Below, in pieces: positions 12,766-23,235 of a stretch of 64,000 bases of DNA. The notes under the pieces are model-generated. The model was not told the origin of the DNA and did no database searches. It was given only the letters and a program-made list of their open reading frames with translations. Positions within the stretch are counted from its first letter, which is position 1. Every line of letters starts with the position of its first letter. This DNA comes from Candidatus Nanopelagicales bacterium (GTDB taxonomy: Bacteria > Actinomycetota > Actinomycetes > S36-B12), in NCBI GenBank assembly GCA_044375955.1, contig JBILLS010000001.1, positions 27,339-91,338 on the forward strand, read 5' to 3'. A program made the translations under genes and the position numbers.

Positions 12766-13653
12766 TCAGGTGATCGACGCCGCGTAGATCTCCGCGATCG
12801 CGGCATCCAATGTGGCGGTGAACTCCGCATCGGACATCTGCGCGGTGAGTCCCTCGCTGAGTGCGCGCGAGAAGCTCGCGATCATGCCGTGGTTGTTGGC
12901 CAGGATGTCGCAGGCCTCGTCGCGCGAATAACCACCGGAGAGCGCGACCACGCGCATCACGCGCGGATGGTTGATGAGCGGTGCGTAGAAGTCGTTGTGA
13001 CTCGGCAGGGACAGCTTGAACACGACCTGCTTGTCCGCCGGAATACGGTCGAGCCCTGCGAGCAACTTCTCGAGCAGGACCTTCTCGATCGCGGCCTTCT
13101 CCGGGCTGTGGATGTCCACCTCGGGCTCGAGGATGGGAACAAGTCCGGCGTTGAGGATTTGCAGTCCGATCTCGAACTGCTGATCCACGACCGCGGTGAT
13201 CCCTGCGTCGTTGTTGGCCTTGATGACAGAGCGCATCTTGGTGCCGAAGACACCCTTACCCACGGCGCGGTGGAGAAGCGAGTCGAGATCCGGCATCGCC
13301 TTCATCACCTGGGCGCCGTTGGACTCCGCCTCGAGTCCCTTGTCCACCTTGACGACGGGGACGATGTTCTTGACCTTCCACAGGTACTCCGCGGTGCCCA
13401 TCCCCTCGATGTCACGGTCCATGGTGCCCTCGAAGAGGATCGCGGCCAGGACCCGCTCGCCCGTGAAGGCGGGGTTGGTGATGATGCGGGCGCGCATCGC
13501 GTGCACGAGGTCGAACATCTCCTCGTCATTGGAGAAGGAGCTCTCCTCGATGCCGTATAGCTTCAGTGCCTTCGGGGTGCTGCCACCACTCTGGTCGAGG
13601 GCGGCGATGAAGCCCCGGGCGGACCCGAACTTCTGGGCCATCTCCTGATTCAT
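12766..13653 (-). CDS. fda: Class I (Schiff-base) fructose-bisphosphate aldolase, Staphylococcus Fda-like
   Basis: MNQEMAQKFGSARGFIAALDQSGGSTPKALKLYG...VVKVDKGL...IPILEPEV...VVALSGGYSR lines up along its whole length with the bacterial class I aldolase pattern as I remember it. Confidence 0.85.
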   Translation of the reverse strand: MNQEMAQKFGSARGFIAALDQSGGSTPKALKLYGIEESSFSNDEEMFDLVHAMRARIITNPAFTGERVLAAILFEGTMDRDIEGMGTAEYLWKVKNIVPVVKVDKGLEAESNGAQVMKAMPDLDSLLHRAVGKGVFGTKMRSVIKANNDAGITAVVDQQFEIGLQILNAGLVPILEPEVDIHSPEKAAIEKVLLEKLLAGLDRIPADKQVVFKLSLPSHNDFYAPLINHPRVMRVVALSGGYSRDEACDILANNHGMIASFSRALSEGLTAQMSDAEFTATLDAAIAEIYAASIT

Positions 13654-13716
13654 GCATGTCCTTTCGTGGAAGTCGGCACAAAGCCTAGCGATCACGTTGC
13701 AAGCGCTTCCACGGGC

Positions 13717-14328
13717 TCAGAGGTCATGACCGAACTCGTGCTGACGCACCCACGTGTGCATCGCGATGGCGGCCGCCGCACCCACGTTGATCGACCGGGT
13801 GGACCCAAACTGGCTGATCGCAATCTGCTGGGAGCACAGGGCAGCGAGTTCCACGGAGAGGCCGCTGCCCTCCTGACCGAACACCAGGACGCAGGTCTCG
13901 GGCAGGCGGGTGGTCTCCAGCGGGGTGGACTCCTCCCCCGTGTCGATACCGAGGAGGGGAAGGTCGTGGGCGCGTGCCCAGGTGGCGAACTGCTGAGGAT
14001 CCGGGTGGTGGTGGATGTGCTGGTACCGGTCGGTCACCATCGCCCCGCGGCGGTTCCAGCGCTTGCGTCCGACGATGTGGACCTCGGCGACGAGAAAAGC
14101 GTTCGCGGTGCGGATAATCGATCCGATGTTGAAGTCGTGCTCGAGGTTCTCGATCGCGATGTGGACGGGATGCCGATGGGTGTCGAGGTCGGCGACGATC
14201 GCCTCGAGTTTCCAGTAGCGGTAGCGATCGACGACGTTGCGGGTGTCACCGTGGGTGAGCAACTCCGGATCGAAGCGTGCATCCTCGGGCCACGCCCCCT
14301 CCCAGGGCCCGACCCCGACCTCCGGCAT
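13717..14328 (-). CDS. SpoU/TrmH-family RNA 2'-O-methyltransferase
   Basis: ...NIGSIIRTANAF...VLVFGQEGSGLS...ISQFGSTRSINVGAAAAIAMH... are SpoU motifs. Confidence 0.8.
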   Translation of the reverse strand: MPEVGVGPWEGAWPEDARFDPELLTHGDTRNVVDRYRYWKLEAIVADLDTHRHPVHIAIENLEHDFNIGSIIRTANAFLVAEVHIVGRKRWNRRGAMVTDRYQHIHHHPDPQQFATWARAHDLPLLGIDTGEESTPLETTRLPETCVLVFGQEGSGLSVELAALCSQQIAISQFGSTRSINVGAAAAIAMHTWVRQHEFGHDL

Positions 14329-14331
14329 CGA

Positions 14332-14874
14332 CTACGCGAGACCGAGATCGGCGAGGGAGTACGCAGCGAGGTAGCGCAGTCCCCGCGCCTCCACCGCTGC
14401 CTTCGCTCCTCGGTCCACGATCACGGCGACCCCCACGATGGTCGCCCCGGACGCTTCGAGTGCATCGACGGCGGTGAGGACGGAGCCCCCGGTGGTCGAG
14501 GTGTCCTCGACGGCGAGCACGCGGCGGCCCGCGACATCCGGGCCTTCCACGCGACGCTGCAGTCCGTGGTCCTTCTCGGTCTTGCGCACCACGAAGGCGT
14601 CGAGCACCTGACCCTCGCGCGCCGCACTGTGCAGCATCGCGGTCCCCACCGGATCGGCACCGAGGGTGAGCCCACCGACCGCCGCATAGTCGAGGTCCGC
14701 GGTCAGCTCGCGCATGACGGTGCCGACGAGCGGCGCCGCCGTTCCATCCAGGGTGACCCTGCGAAGGTCGACGTAGTAGTCGGCCTCACGCCCACTGGAG
14801 AGCACCACGCGACCGTGCACCACGGCCTTGTCGAGGATCTGCTGACGAAGTTCGGACCACGCGCTAGTCGGCAT
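14332..14874 (-). CDS. pyrE: Orotate phosphoribosyltransferase
   Basis: 180 aa with the PRPP-binding loop RVLAVEDTSTTGGS. Confidence 0.9.
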   Translation of the reverse strand: MPTSAWSELRQQILDKAVVHGRVVLSSGREADYYVDLRRVTLDGTAAPLVGTVMRELTADLDYAAVGGLTLGADPVGTAMLHSAAREGQVLDAFVVRKTEKDHGLQRRVEGPDVAGRRVLAVEDTSTTGGSVLTAVDALEASGATIVGVAVIVDRGAKAAVEARGLRYLAAYSLADLGLA

Positions 14875-14896
14875 GCGCCCACCCTAGGGTGATGAC

Positions 14897-15301
14897 GTGG
14901 CCACCGTCCTGGTTCTCCCCGACACGTCGTGGTCGGGTCGCGCAGCGGTCATCGAACGTGTCACCCACGCCGTCGACGTGCGTGGTGGGAATGCGACGGA
15001 GGTCTGCGCGGATCTCATGCGCCGTGCACCGCAGCCACCCCTGATCATCGTGGCGCATGGGTCCGGCTGCGGCCTCTTGCCGGCTGTGGCGCTGGCCCAG
15101 CGCACCGCACACCGACGGGTGGGTGCGTATGTGTTGGTCGATCCCGACGCACCGGCGGGCTCGGACACCTGGCCGGATGCGCCCGTGTATGTCGTGAGCA
15201 CGGATCAGCAGATCACGCGCATGTCCACCCTGCGCGGATGGTCGGTGGTGGATGACGACGTGATCGGGGTGATCACACGTGTGGTGGAGGACTGCACCTA
15301 G
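14897..15301 (+). CDS. Hypothetical protein (small alpha/beta-hydrolase-like)
   Basis: The 134-aa ORF fills the gap between pyrE and the SDR gene. The segment LIIVAHGSGCGLL resembles a nucleophile elbow. No firm family assignment. Confidence 0.45.
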   Translation: MATVLVLPDTSWSGRAAVIERVTHAVDVRGGNATEVCADLMRRAPQPPLIIVAHGSGCGLLPAVALAQRTAHRRVGAYVLVDPDAPAGSDTWPDAPVYVVSTDQQITRMSTLRGWSVVDDDVIGVITRVVEDCT

Positions 15302-16065
15302 TCGGACATGAGTGCGGAGCGCACGCGCGATGCCGTTGCCTTGCGCACGAGGGAACGTGGTGCGATCCGAAGGAATTGCGCGAGGAGCCGGTAGCGCAGT
15401 GAGGGCACGCTGATGGCCTTTCCCCGCTCGGTATCGCGCCAGGCATCGCGCACCACAGTGTCCACGTCCAGCCACATCCACGCGGGCACACCCTTCATAC
15501 CCACGCCCATACGTTGATGGAATTCGGTGCGCACGTACCCCGGACACAGGGCCGTGACGTGCACGCCGGTTCCGCGGAAGGTGGCGTTCAGGCTCTCACT
15601 GAAATTCGTCACCCACGCCTTCGCCGACGAATACGTGCCCGAGGTGATCCATCCCGCGATGCTGGAGACGTTGATGACCGTTCCACGGTCCTGCGCCGCC
15701 ATACGCGGGAGGCATGCGTGGGTGAGGCGCATCACCGCGGTGACCATGACGTCGATTGTCTGCTGTTCGTGATCGACCGAGGCTTGAATGAAACTGTCAC
15801 GGATGCCGAATCCCGCATTGTTGACGAGCACATCAGCTCGATCAGCGATCAGCGCCGCTAGGCGATCCACGTCCGAGCGGACACCGAGATCGGCCACCTC
15901 CACCGTGACGTGCGTGACCACGCGCAACTCCTCGGCCACCTGATCGAGTCTGTTCCGGTCACGCGCCACCAGGACGAGGTCGTACTGCGGTGCCAGGAAA
16001 CGCGCGAAGCCCAGCCCGATGCCCGAGGTCGCACCCGTGATGACCGCTGTTGACCGATCAGGCAT
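15298..16065 (-). CDS. SDR-family oxidoreductase
   Basis: MPDRSTAVITGATSGIGLGFA...NNAG...YSSAKAW (TGxxxGxG, NNAG, YxxxK). Trimmed to ATG 16065. Confidence 0.8.
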   Translation of the reverse strand: MPDRSTAVITGATSGIGLGFARFLAPQYDLVLVARDRNRLDQVAEELRVVTHVTVEVADLGVRSDVDRLAALIADRADVLVNNAGFGIRDSFIQASVDHEQQTIDVMVTAVMRLTHACLPRMAAQDRGTVINVSSIAGWITSGTYSSAKAWVTNFSESLNATFRGTGVHVTALCPGYVRTEFHQRMGVGMKGVPAWMWLDVDTVVRDAWRDTERGKAISVPSLRYRLLAQFLRIAPRSLVRKATASRVRSALMSD

Positions 16066-16117
16066 GACCCCATCCTTGCGTGGACTCCCCCGGCTCGGAA
16101 GGCCGTAACGTAGTGAG

Positions 16118-17545
16118 GTGCGCACATTCGCGGTCGCCGCCGCTGCCGTCGCCCTCGTCGTCGGTATCGCTCCGGCGACCCGTGCGGCAGAACCTCGGAT
16201 CGTCAATGGAATCCCGGCCGACACCGAGGCTTTCCCCTTCGTCGCGGCGCTCCTCGATGCCGATGCCTATCGGAAGCAGGGCGTGTACCAGGCGCAGTTC
16301 TGCGGTGCCAGCCTCACGGCACCGACAGCCCTGGTGACCGCCGCCCACTGCGTCGTCGACCAGAAGACGGGCGAGCGCATCGGCCCCGAGGAGATCCTGG
16401 TGAGTTTCGGGCCCGGACTGAAGTCGCCGAATCCGCGGGTGCTCGGCGTCACCCGAATCGATGTCAATCCGAACTACCGGCTGCGCACCGCGGAGAACGA
16501 CATCGCGGTGATCACCCTCGCCGAGCCCGTCGCGGATATCCCGATCGTCCCCGTCGTCACCTTCGCTCAACTGGAGACGTACACGCGCGCGGGCACGAGG
16601 GCCACCATCGTCGGCTGGGGCAACACGTCGTCGACCGGGAACGTCTTCCCCGAGTCACTGCGAACCGGAGAGGTGGAGATTTTCCCGGGTCCCTCCTGCG
16701 GGCGCGGGAAACCGTACGAGGTCGACGGCGTGCGCTTCAACGGATTCCGGTCGGATGAAGCCTCGCCGGAGAACATGATCTGCGCCGCGGGAGTCACGAG
16801 GGTGGCGGAGGTGATCGATGCGTGCCAGGGCGACTCGGGTGGCCCGCTCCTGGTCGGAACCGGAGCCGATCGTCGTCTCGTGGGCGTCGTCAGTTGGGGT
16901 GAGCGATGCGCGAGCTACTTCCCCGGCGTCTACACCCGGGTGAGTTCGGAGTTGGAGTTCCTCCGCATGACGGGAGCGATCCCCACGATCGCACCCACCA
17001 CGCCACCGCAGGTGCGTGCCGTCGGACGCGACGGCGAGGTGCGCGTTACGTTGACCGCCCCCTCCGACGGCTCCGCCGTCACGGGATTCGCGGTCAGCGT
17101 GGTCGATGCCGAGACCGGCGAGGTGCGCTCGTGCACGGTGGCTCCGACCCGGCGCACCGGCACCTGCGCGGTCTCCGGACTCACCAACGGTCGGCGCTAT
17201 CTCGTGACGGCCATCTACGGGAGTCCGCAAGGGGATTCACCGGTCTCCGGTGCCCTAGACGTTGTCCCCTCGACCCAGCCCCTCGCCGGGACCATCCGGT
17301 CGAAGAAACGAGCAGGTGACGTGGTGACCTTCCGCGTCTCCCCATCGGATGCCAACGGGCAGACGATCGTCCGTAACGAGGTTCTCTGTCGTACGGAGGA
17401 AGGGGGCGTGCTCCGCGGGGAGATCACCGAGGGCCGGGCACGAGTGGCGTTGGATCCCCAGACCTATTCCTGCGTCGTACGCATCGAAACAGTGGCCGGG
17501 GTCGCGGAGTCCACCCCCAGTGCCGTGCGGATCACCCGCAGCTGA
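16118..17545 (+). CDS. Secreted trypsin-like (S1) serine protease with two C-terminal FN3/Ig-like domains
   Basis: Signal peptide, then IVNG...TAAHCV...NDIAVITL...CQGDSGGPLL (His/Asp/Ser triad). The roughly 190-aa tail has two beta-rich repeats of the form ...VTGFAVSV... Confidence 0.85.
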   Translation: MRTFAVAAAAVALVVGIAPATRAAEPRIVNGIPADTEAFPFVAALLDADAYRKQGVYQAQFCGASLTAPTALVTAAHCVVDQKTGERIGPEEILVSFGPGLKSPNPRVLGVTRIDVNPNYRLRTAENDIAVITLAEPVADIPIVPVVTFAQLETYTRAGTRATIVGWGNTSSTGNVFPESLRTGEVEIFPGPSCGRGKPYEVDGVRFNGFRSDEASPENMICAAGVTRVAEVIDACQGDSGGPLLVGTGADRRLVGVVSWGERCASYFPGVYTRVSSELEFLRMTGAIPTIAPTTPPQVRAVGRDGEVRVTLTAPSDGSAVTGFAVSVVDAETGEVRSCTVAPTRRTGTCAVSGLTNGRRYLVTAIYGSPQGDSPVSGALDVVPSTQPLAGTIRSKKRAGDVVTFRVSPSDANGQTIVRNEVLCRTEEGGVLRGEITEGRARVALDPQTYSCVVRIETVAGVAESTPSAVRITRS

Positions 17546-18597
17546 GCCGTTCGGAGGTCCGAGGTCTGCGCCTGCACCTGCAGGAACATGGCTTCACGCA
17601 CGCGACGTTCGGCGGAGGTCCCGGTGAGCATCGCACCGCCGGAGCGTGCGATCACCACCGCCTGCGCGGCGCGCGCCGCCAGATCAAGGGCGGCGGCACG
17701 CACAGTGCGACGATCCTCTGGATCTGCATCCGCGTCGGCGAGCGCGTACGCGCGGGTGCGTAGGTCGCGCCCGAGCACGATCAACTCCTCGGCGAGCTCG
17801 GTGCACCCGGGCCGACCTGCGAGTGATGTCAGCTCGGCGACTGCACCGCGGATCAGTCCGAAAGCAGCGGGTGTGGCATCCGATGTGGTCCGGTGATCGC
17901 GCTCGAACCATGGGGCGACCGGTTGCACCGCGGCAACGCACGCGTCGTCGATCAGGACGTCGTCGAAGGTGATCGGTCTGGTGTGGGTGCCACCCATGGC
18001 GAGGAGTTGGAGCGGCTCTCCCACCGTCATCCCTCGCGGCAATGTGGCGGGAGTGTTCCCTGCGGGGAGGTAGAACGTGATGAAGTGGTCTACCCAGTCA
18101 CCTGACCCGCGCACCATGACCATGACGACGTCCGCGATATCCCAACTCGTCACCCAGTCCAACCGGCCGGTGACGATCCACCCACCGGACGTGCGCTCGG
18201 CTAACGGATTCGGTGGACCCGGTCTGCGCACATGGGCGAAGGCCAGGGCACCGAGGTACGCGCCCGATGTCAGACCCGTCGACCACGTGTCCTGAAGCCC
18301 GCGCACATTCGGTGAGAACTCTCCGACCTGCGAGTGGGCGAGGGTGCGCATGCAGCCGAAGTGCTGGGTCCAGCAGAACCAGACGGAGGCATCCGCCATG
18401 GCAAGCCGCTCACCCAGCTCCCGCTGGCGGTCTTGGGGCTCGAGGGGTGCGCCCAGGAGACCGTGATTCGCGAGCGTGTCGATCGTGGAGCGTGGAACCC
18501 CGTCCCGATCGGTCTGCGCTGCGGACTCCGCGATCCGGTGGAGGAGGGCATCCGCGTCCTCGGACAGCGGAGCGAACGCAGGGCCGAGGGGATCCAC
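17464..18597 (-). CDS. Acyl-CoA dehydrogenase-fold flavoprotein (possibly a flavin-dependent monooxygenase type)
   Basis: 377 aa with ACAD-like N-, middle and C-terminal regions. The 3' end overlaps the convergent protease gene by 82 nt. Confidence 0.7.
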   Translation of the reverse strand: MDPLGPAFAPLSEDADALLHRIAESAAQTDRDGVPRSTIDTLANHGLLGAPLEPQDRQRELGERLAMADASVWFCWTQHFGCMRTLAHSQVGEFSPNVRGLQDTWSTGLTSGAYLGALAFAHVRRPGPPNPLAERTSGGWIVTGRLDWVTSWDIADVVMVMVRGSGDWVDHFITFYLPAGNTPATLPRGMTVGEPLQLLAMGGTHTRPITFDDVLIDDACVAAVQPVAPWFERDHRTTSDATPAAFGLIRGAVAELTSLAGRPGCTELAEELIVLGRDLRTRAYALADADADPEDRRTVRAAALDLAARAAQAVVIARSGGAMLTGTSAERRVREAMFLQVQAQTSDLRTAQLRVIRTALGVDSATPATVSMRTTQE

Positions 18598-18652
18598 GTC
18601 ACCACGCTATTCCGGCTAGCGTTGCGACGTGCAGTCCCCACTGGTGCCGCGC

Positions 18653-19807
18653 ATGTCCGAGCACATCACCTCGATCTTCGCCGAGATGTCGGCCCTCGCT
18701 CAGGCCACGGAGTCGATCAACCTCGGCCAGGGATTCCCGGATACCGATGGTCCCGAGGAGATGAAGGAGATCGCACGGGAGTGCATCCGCGATGGTCGTG
18801 GCAATCAGTACCCACCCCCGCATGGACTCCCCGCGTTGCGCGACGCGGTCGCAGCGCACCAGATGCGCTTCTACGGACTGGACATCAACGGGACTACGGA
18901 CGTGGTGATCACGACGGGGGCCTCGGAGGCATTGAGCTCCGCGATTCTCGCTCTGATCGACGACGGCGACGAGGTGCTGGTGTTCGAGCCGATGTTCGAC
19001 GTGTACGCAGCGGGTATCTCCCTCGCCCGCGGTGTGCGCGTGGCTGTTCCCCTCAGCGGACCCGGGCTGCGCCCGAACATCGACCGCCTGCGCGCATCTG
19101 TGACACCGCGCACCCGGATGATCCTGCTGAACTCACCGCATAATCCCAGCGGCATCGTCTTTTCCCGCGGCGAACTCGAGGCGATCGCCGCGATCGCCAT
19201 CGAGTATGACCTCATCGTGGTCAGTGACGAGGCCTACGAGCACCTGTGGTTCGACGATCACGTGCATATCCCGATCAGCACGTTGCCCGGGATGTTCGAG
19301 CGGACGGTGACGATCGGCTCGGGCGGCAAGCTGTTCTCCTTCACCGGGTGGAAGGTGGGGTGGGCGAGTGGGCCCACTCACCTCATCGCGGCGGTGCGTG
19401 TGGTCCGACAACATCTCAGCTACGCCTCCGGCGGACCGTTCCAGTACGCCATGGCACATGGCCTCGGTATGCCCGATCAGTACTTCATCGAGTACCGGAG
19501 AGCGATGTCCGAGCAGCGCGACGTGCTTTCCGGCGGACTCGCAGAACTCGGCTTCGATGTGATCCCTAGTCAAGGCTCCTACTACGTGACCACCGACGTG
19601 CGCAGCATCGGCGCACCCGATGGGCTCATGTTCTGTCGCGAACTCCCGCATCGCGTGCGCGTGGTCGCCATTCCGCATCAGGTGTTCTGCGACGACGAGT
19701 CGGTCGGGCGGCCCTATGTGCGGTGGGCATTCTGCAAACGCCCCAGCGTGCTTCGCGAGGCACTCGATCGACTCTCCCACCTGGCCCTCCCCTGGACGAA
19801 GGAGTAA
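18653..19807 (+). CDS. Class I/II PLP aminotransferase (DapC/KAT-like)
   Basis: MSEHITSIFAEMSALA...INLGQGFPD...NSPHNPSG...SGGKLFSFTGWKVGW. The start could also be at 18629. Confidence 0.85.
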   Translation: MSEHITSIFAEMSALAQATESINLGQGFPDTDGPEEMKEIARECIRDGRGNQYPPPHGLPALRDAVAAHQMRFYGLDINGTTDVVITTGASEALSSAILALIDDGDEVLVFEPMFDVYAAGISLARGVRVAVPLSGPGLRPNIDRLRASVTPRTRMILLNSPHNPSGIVFSRGELEAIAAIAIEYDLIVVSDEAYEHLWFDDHVHIPISTLPGMFERTVTIGSGGKLFSFTGWKVGWASGPTHLIAAVRVVRQHLSYASGGPFQYAMAHGLGMPDQYFIEYRRAMSEQRDVLSGGLAELGFDVIPSQGSYYVTTDVRSIGAPDGLMFCRELPHRVRVVAIPHQVFCDDESVGRPYVRWAFCKRPSVLREALDRLSHLALPWTKE

Positions 19808-19811
19808 CACC

Positions 19812-20276
19812 GTGAGTGACACCGGTCTCGACCTCGATCAATTGCAGCGCCAGGAGTCCCTTCACCTGGCCACCGAACTGACCGCTGGACTCGCGCATCA
19901 GATCGGGGCACGTGCGCAGGACATCGGGAATGCCGCCGCGCACCCGATCGCCATCGCGGTGCGACTATGCGGGCGGACCGTGTTCCAGGTCGGACTCGAG
20001 GGGAGCACTCCACTCAACGACGAGTGGCTGATGAAGAAGATCCGGGTGGTCGAGGTCTTCCATCAATCGACGCTGCTCGTGCGCGCCGAGCACGAAGCTC
20101 GCGGGCGAGACTTCCACACGATCCACGGCGGAGACCCGGGGTTCTGGTCCCCCGCCGGTGGAGGCGTTCCGATTCGAAACCCCTCGGGCACCGTCGTGGG
20201 GGCCATGGCCGTCTCCGGCCTCACCCAGATCGAGGACCACGACCTCTGCCGCGAGGTGCTCCGCGCGTTCGAGTGA
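19812..20276 (+). CDS. GlcG/HbpS-like (DUF336) heme-binding/degrading family protein
   Basis: ...GGGVPIRNPSGTVVGAMAVSGLTQIEDHDLC... is the DUF336 signature. GTG start lies 4 nt after the aminotransferase stop. Confidence 0.65.
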   Translation: MSDTGLDLDQLQRQESLHLATELTAGLAHQIGARAQDIGNAAAHPIAIAVRLCGRTVFQVGLEGSTPLNDEWLMKKIRVVEVFHQSTLLVRAEHEARGRDFHTIHGGDPGFWSPAGGGVPIRNPSGTVVGAMAVSGLTQIEDHDLCREVLRAFE

Positions 20277-22868
20277 CTAGCGGCGCTCGGCCGTCAGCGT
20301 CAGTCCCTCGCCATCGGGCTGCGTACCGATGACCACCTTGTCACCGTCGTGCACCTCACCGGACAGGATCGCCATCGCAAGCTTGTCGCCCACAGCGGTT
20401 TGCACCAGGCGACGCAGCGGGCGCGCGCCGTACGCCGGGTCGTAACCGGTGTTGACGAGCCACTCCTTCGCGTCGTCGGTGAGTTCGATCTCGATCCGGC
20501 GATCTGCCAGGCGCTTCTGCAGGCTCTCGATCTGGATCCCGGTGATGCGATGCAGTTCCTTGCGATCGAGGGGATTGAACATCACCATCGCGTCGAGTCG
20601 GTTGAGGAACTCGGGGCGGAACTGCTGGCGCACCACGTCGAGTACCAACTTCTTGCGCTCGTCGAACGGCATGTCGGTGTCGATGAGGTACTGAGAGCCC
20701 ATATTCGAGGTGAGGATCAGGATGGCGTTTCGGAAGTCGACCGTGCGCCCCTGGCCATCGGTGAGTCGCCCGTCGTCGAGAACCTGTAGCAGGATGTCGA
20801 AGACCTCCGGGTGCGCCTTCTCGACCTCGTCGAGCAGAACGACCGAGTACGGACGCCTGCGCACCGCCTCGGTCAGCTGCCCACCCTCCTCGTAGCCGAC
20901 GTAACCGGGAGGGGCGCCGACGAGCCGCGACACCGAGTGCTTCTCGGAGTACTCGCTCATGTCGATGCGCACCATCGCGCGCTCGTCGTCGAAGAGGAAC
21001 TCCGCGAGCGCCTTCGCCAACTCGGTCTTGCCCACGCCGGTGGGGCCGAGGAAGAGGAAGGAGCCGGTGGGGCGGTTCGGATCGGAGATACCGGCACGGG
21101 CACGGCGCACCGCATCGGAGACTTCCTTGACCGCCTCGTGCTGGCCGACCACGCGACGTCCCAGTTCGTCTTCCATGCGGAGCAACTTCTGTGTCTCGCC
21201 CTCGAGCAGCCGCCCTGCCGGGATACCGGTCCACGCGGCGACCACCTCGGCGATGTCGTCGGCGGTGACCTCCTCCTTGACCATGGTGGCCTCGCGGGCC
21301 TGGGTCTCCGCGGTCACCCGCGCGAGTTCTTCCTCGAAGGTCGGGATCTCGGCGTAGAGGATGCGCGAGGCCTGCTCGAAGTCACCCTCACGCTGCGCCC
21401 GCTCGGCAGTGGCTCGGAGATCGTCGATGAGAACCTTGATCTCACCAATGCGATCGAGGCCCTGCTTCTCGGCATCCCAGCGGGCACGCAGTCCGCGCAA
21501 CTCCTCGTCCTTATCGGCGATCTCGGCGCGGATCTTCTCCAGTCGCGCCTTCGACGCGTCATCGCTCTCCTTCGCGACGGCGAGCTCCTCCATGCGCAAC
21601 CGATCGACCTGACGCTGCAGGACGTCGATCTCGACGGGGGAGGAGTCGATCTCCATGCGCAGGCGGCTCGACGCCTCGTCCATGAGGTCGATGGCCTTGT
21701 CTGGGAGGAACCGCGAGGTGATGTAGCGGTCGGAGAGGGTTGCTGCTGCGACCAGCGCGGCGTCGGAGATGGCCACTTTGTGGTGCGCTTCGTACTTCTC
21801 CTTGATACCGCGCAGGATCGCGATCGTGTCCTCCACCGACGGCTGATCCACGTACACCTGCTGGAAGCGGCGCTCAAGCGCCGGATCCTTCTCGATGTAC
21901 TCGCGATACTCGTCGAGTGTGGTTGCGCCGATCATGCGCAGTTCACCGCGTGCGAGCATCGGCTTGAGCATGTTGCCCGCGTCCATGGCGGAATCACCGC
22001 CAGCGCCAGCACCGACCACGGTATGCAGCTCGTCGATGAAGGTGACGATCTGGCCGTCGGATTCCTTGATCTCGTCGAGGACGGCCTTCAGCCGCTCCTC
22101 GAATTCACCACGGTATTTGGCTCCCGCGACCATCGCGCCAAGGTCCAGTGCGATCAGGGTCTTGCCCTGCAGTGATGTGGGAACGTCGCCTTCGACGATG
22201 CGCCGGGCGAGACCCTCGACGACCGCGGTCTTGCCCACACCGGGATCGCCGATGAGGACCGGGTTGTTCTTGGTGCGACGGGAGAGCACCTGGATGGTGC
22301 GTCGGATCTCCTCATCACGACCGATGACCGGATCGATCTTCCCTTCGCGGGCACGGGCGGTGAGATCCACGCCGTACTTCTCGAGGGCTTGGAAGGTGCC
22401 CTCCGGATCCTGAGTTGTCACGCGCGCTGATCCCCTTACCTGTTGGAGTGCTTCGAGTAGTGCTGTGGGTGTGGCGCCCTGCTGGGCCAGTCGATCGGCG
22501 ACCCCGGGGCCACCCTCCTGGGCGAGGCCGATGAGCAGGTGCTCGGTGCTGACGTATTCATCGCCACGTTCCTTAGCCAATTCCTGTGCCGCGTTGAGCA
22601 CGCGCAGTGCAGCCTGATTGAACTTCGGTGCGGCGACGGAACTGCCCTGTGCCGACGGCAGGGATTGCAGGGCCTGACGCACCTCCGCGGTCAACTGCTG
22701 CGTGTTCGCGCCAACGGCGTCGAGGAGGGCCGAGGAGATACCCGGTCCGAGTTGGAGGAGTGAGTCGAGAATGTGCAGGGGCTCGACCTGCGGATTGCCG
22801 TTGGCTGCCGCGATCCGTACTGAAGCGCCGAGCGCGTCCTGACTCTTGGTGGTGAATTGCATGTCCAT
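20277..22868 (-). CDS. clpB: ATP-dependent chaperone/disaggregase ClpB
   Basis: 863 aa with two AAA+ modules ([17 protein letters not shown]) and a coiled-coil middle domain. Confidence 0.97.
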   Translation of the reverse strand: MDMQFTTKSQDALGASVRIAAANGNPQVEPLHILDSLLQLGPGISSALLDAVGANTQQLTAEVRQALQSLPSAQGSSVAAPKFNQAALRVLNAAQELAKERGDEYVSTEHLLIGLAQEGGPGVADRLAQQGATPTALLEALQQVRGSARVTTQDPEGTFQALEKYGVDLTARAREGKIDPVIGRDEEIRRTIQVLSRRTKNNPVLIGDPGVGKTAVVEGLARRIVEGDVPTSLQGKTLIALDLGAMVAGAKYRGEFEERLKAVLDEIKESDGQIVTFIDELHTVVGAGAGGDSAMDAGNMLKPMLARGELRMIGATTLDEYREYIEKDPALERRFQQVYVDQPSVEDTIAILRGIKEKYEAHHKVAISDAALVAAATLSDRYITSRFLPDKAIDLMDEASSRLRMEIDSSPVEIDVLQRQVDRLRMEELAVAKESDDASKARLEKIRAEIADKDEELRGLRARWDAEKQGLDRIGEIKVLIDDLRATAERAQREGDFEQASRILYAEIPTFEEELARVTAETQAREATMVKEEVTADDIAEVVAAWTGIPAGRLLEGETQKLLRMEDELGRRVVGQHEAVKEVSDAVRRARAGISDPNRPTGSFLFLGPTGVGKTELAKALAEFLFDDERAMVRIDMSEYSEKHSVSRLVGAPPGYVGYEEGGQLTEAVRRRPYSVVLLDEVEKAHPEVFDILLQVLDDGRLTDGQGRTVDFRNAILILTSNMGSQYLIDTDMPFDERKKLVLDVVRQQFRPEFLNRLDAMVMFNPLDRKELHRITGIQIESLQKRLADRRIEIELTDDAKEWLVNTGYDPAYGARPLRRLVQTAVGDKLAMAILSGEVHDGDKVVIGTQPDGEGLTLTAERR

Positions 22869-22878
22869 GGTGATCGTC

Positions 22879-23235
22879 CTAGCTCCTCGTGCGACGCTGG
22901 GGTTGCCAGACTTCCAGCGCGCGGGATCGTGCGTGGGCGCTCAACTCCTCAAGCCGTGAGCGCAGGAATTCGATTTCTGCTTGGAGTGCGAGTACGCGGC
23001 GGATGCCCTCGAGGCTCAGACCTTCGGCGGACAACTGCGCGATCTCGCGAAGTCGGTAGACGTCCATCGCGCTGTAGAGGCGGTTCCGTCCGCCCACGCG
23101 CGTGGGCGAGACGAGCCCGAGGCGGTCGTACTGCCGCAACGTCTGCGGGTGCAGGCCGGCGAGCTCCGATGCAATCGAGATTGCGTAGACGGGTGTGCTC
23201 GACGGGACACTGAACTCCTCGCGCGGTGAGGTCAT
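22879..23235 (-). CDS. hspR: MerR-family heat-shock repressor HspR
   Basis: [30 protein letters not shown] is a MerR-type HTH. The gene sits right after dnaJ, as in actinobacterial dnaK operons. Confidence 0.9.
   Translation of the reverse strand: MTSPREEFSVPSSTPVYAISIASELAGLHPQTLRQYDRLGLVSPTRVGGRNRLYSAMDVYRLREIAQLSAEGLSLEGIRRVLALQAEIEFLRSRLEELSAHARSRALEVWQPQRRTRS

Noticed and set aside
13665-13713. Inverted repeat CGTGGAAG...CTTCCACG in the spacer between the trmH-like gene and fda
   Set aside because: It has only 8-bp arms separated by a 33-nt loop, and no U-tract. That is too weak to call a terminator or an operator.
20811-22175. 454-aa plus-strand ORF inside clpB, with similar antisense ORFs inside purB, the FAD oxidase gene, the OTC gene and others
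   Set aside because: This is the same high-GC antisense artefact. The opposite strand carries strongly supported genes across the full length.
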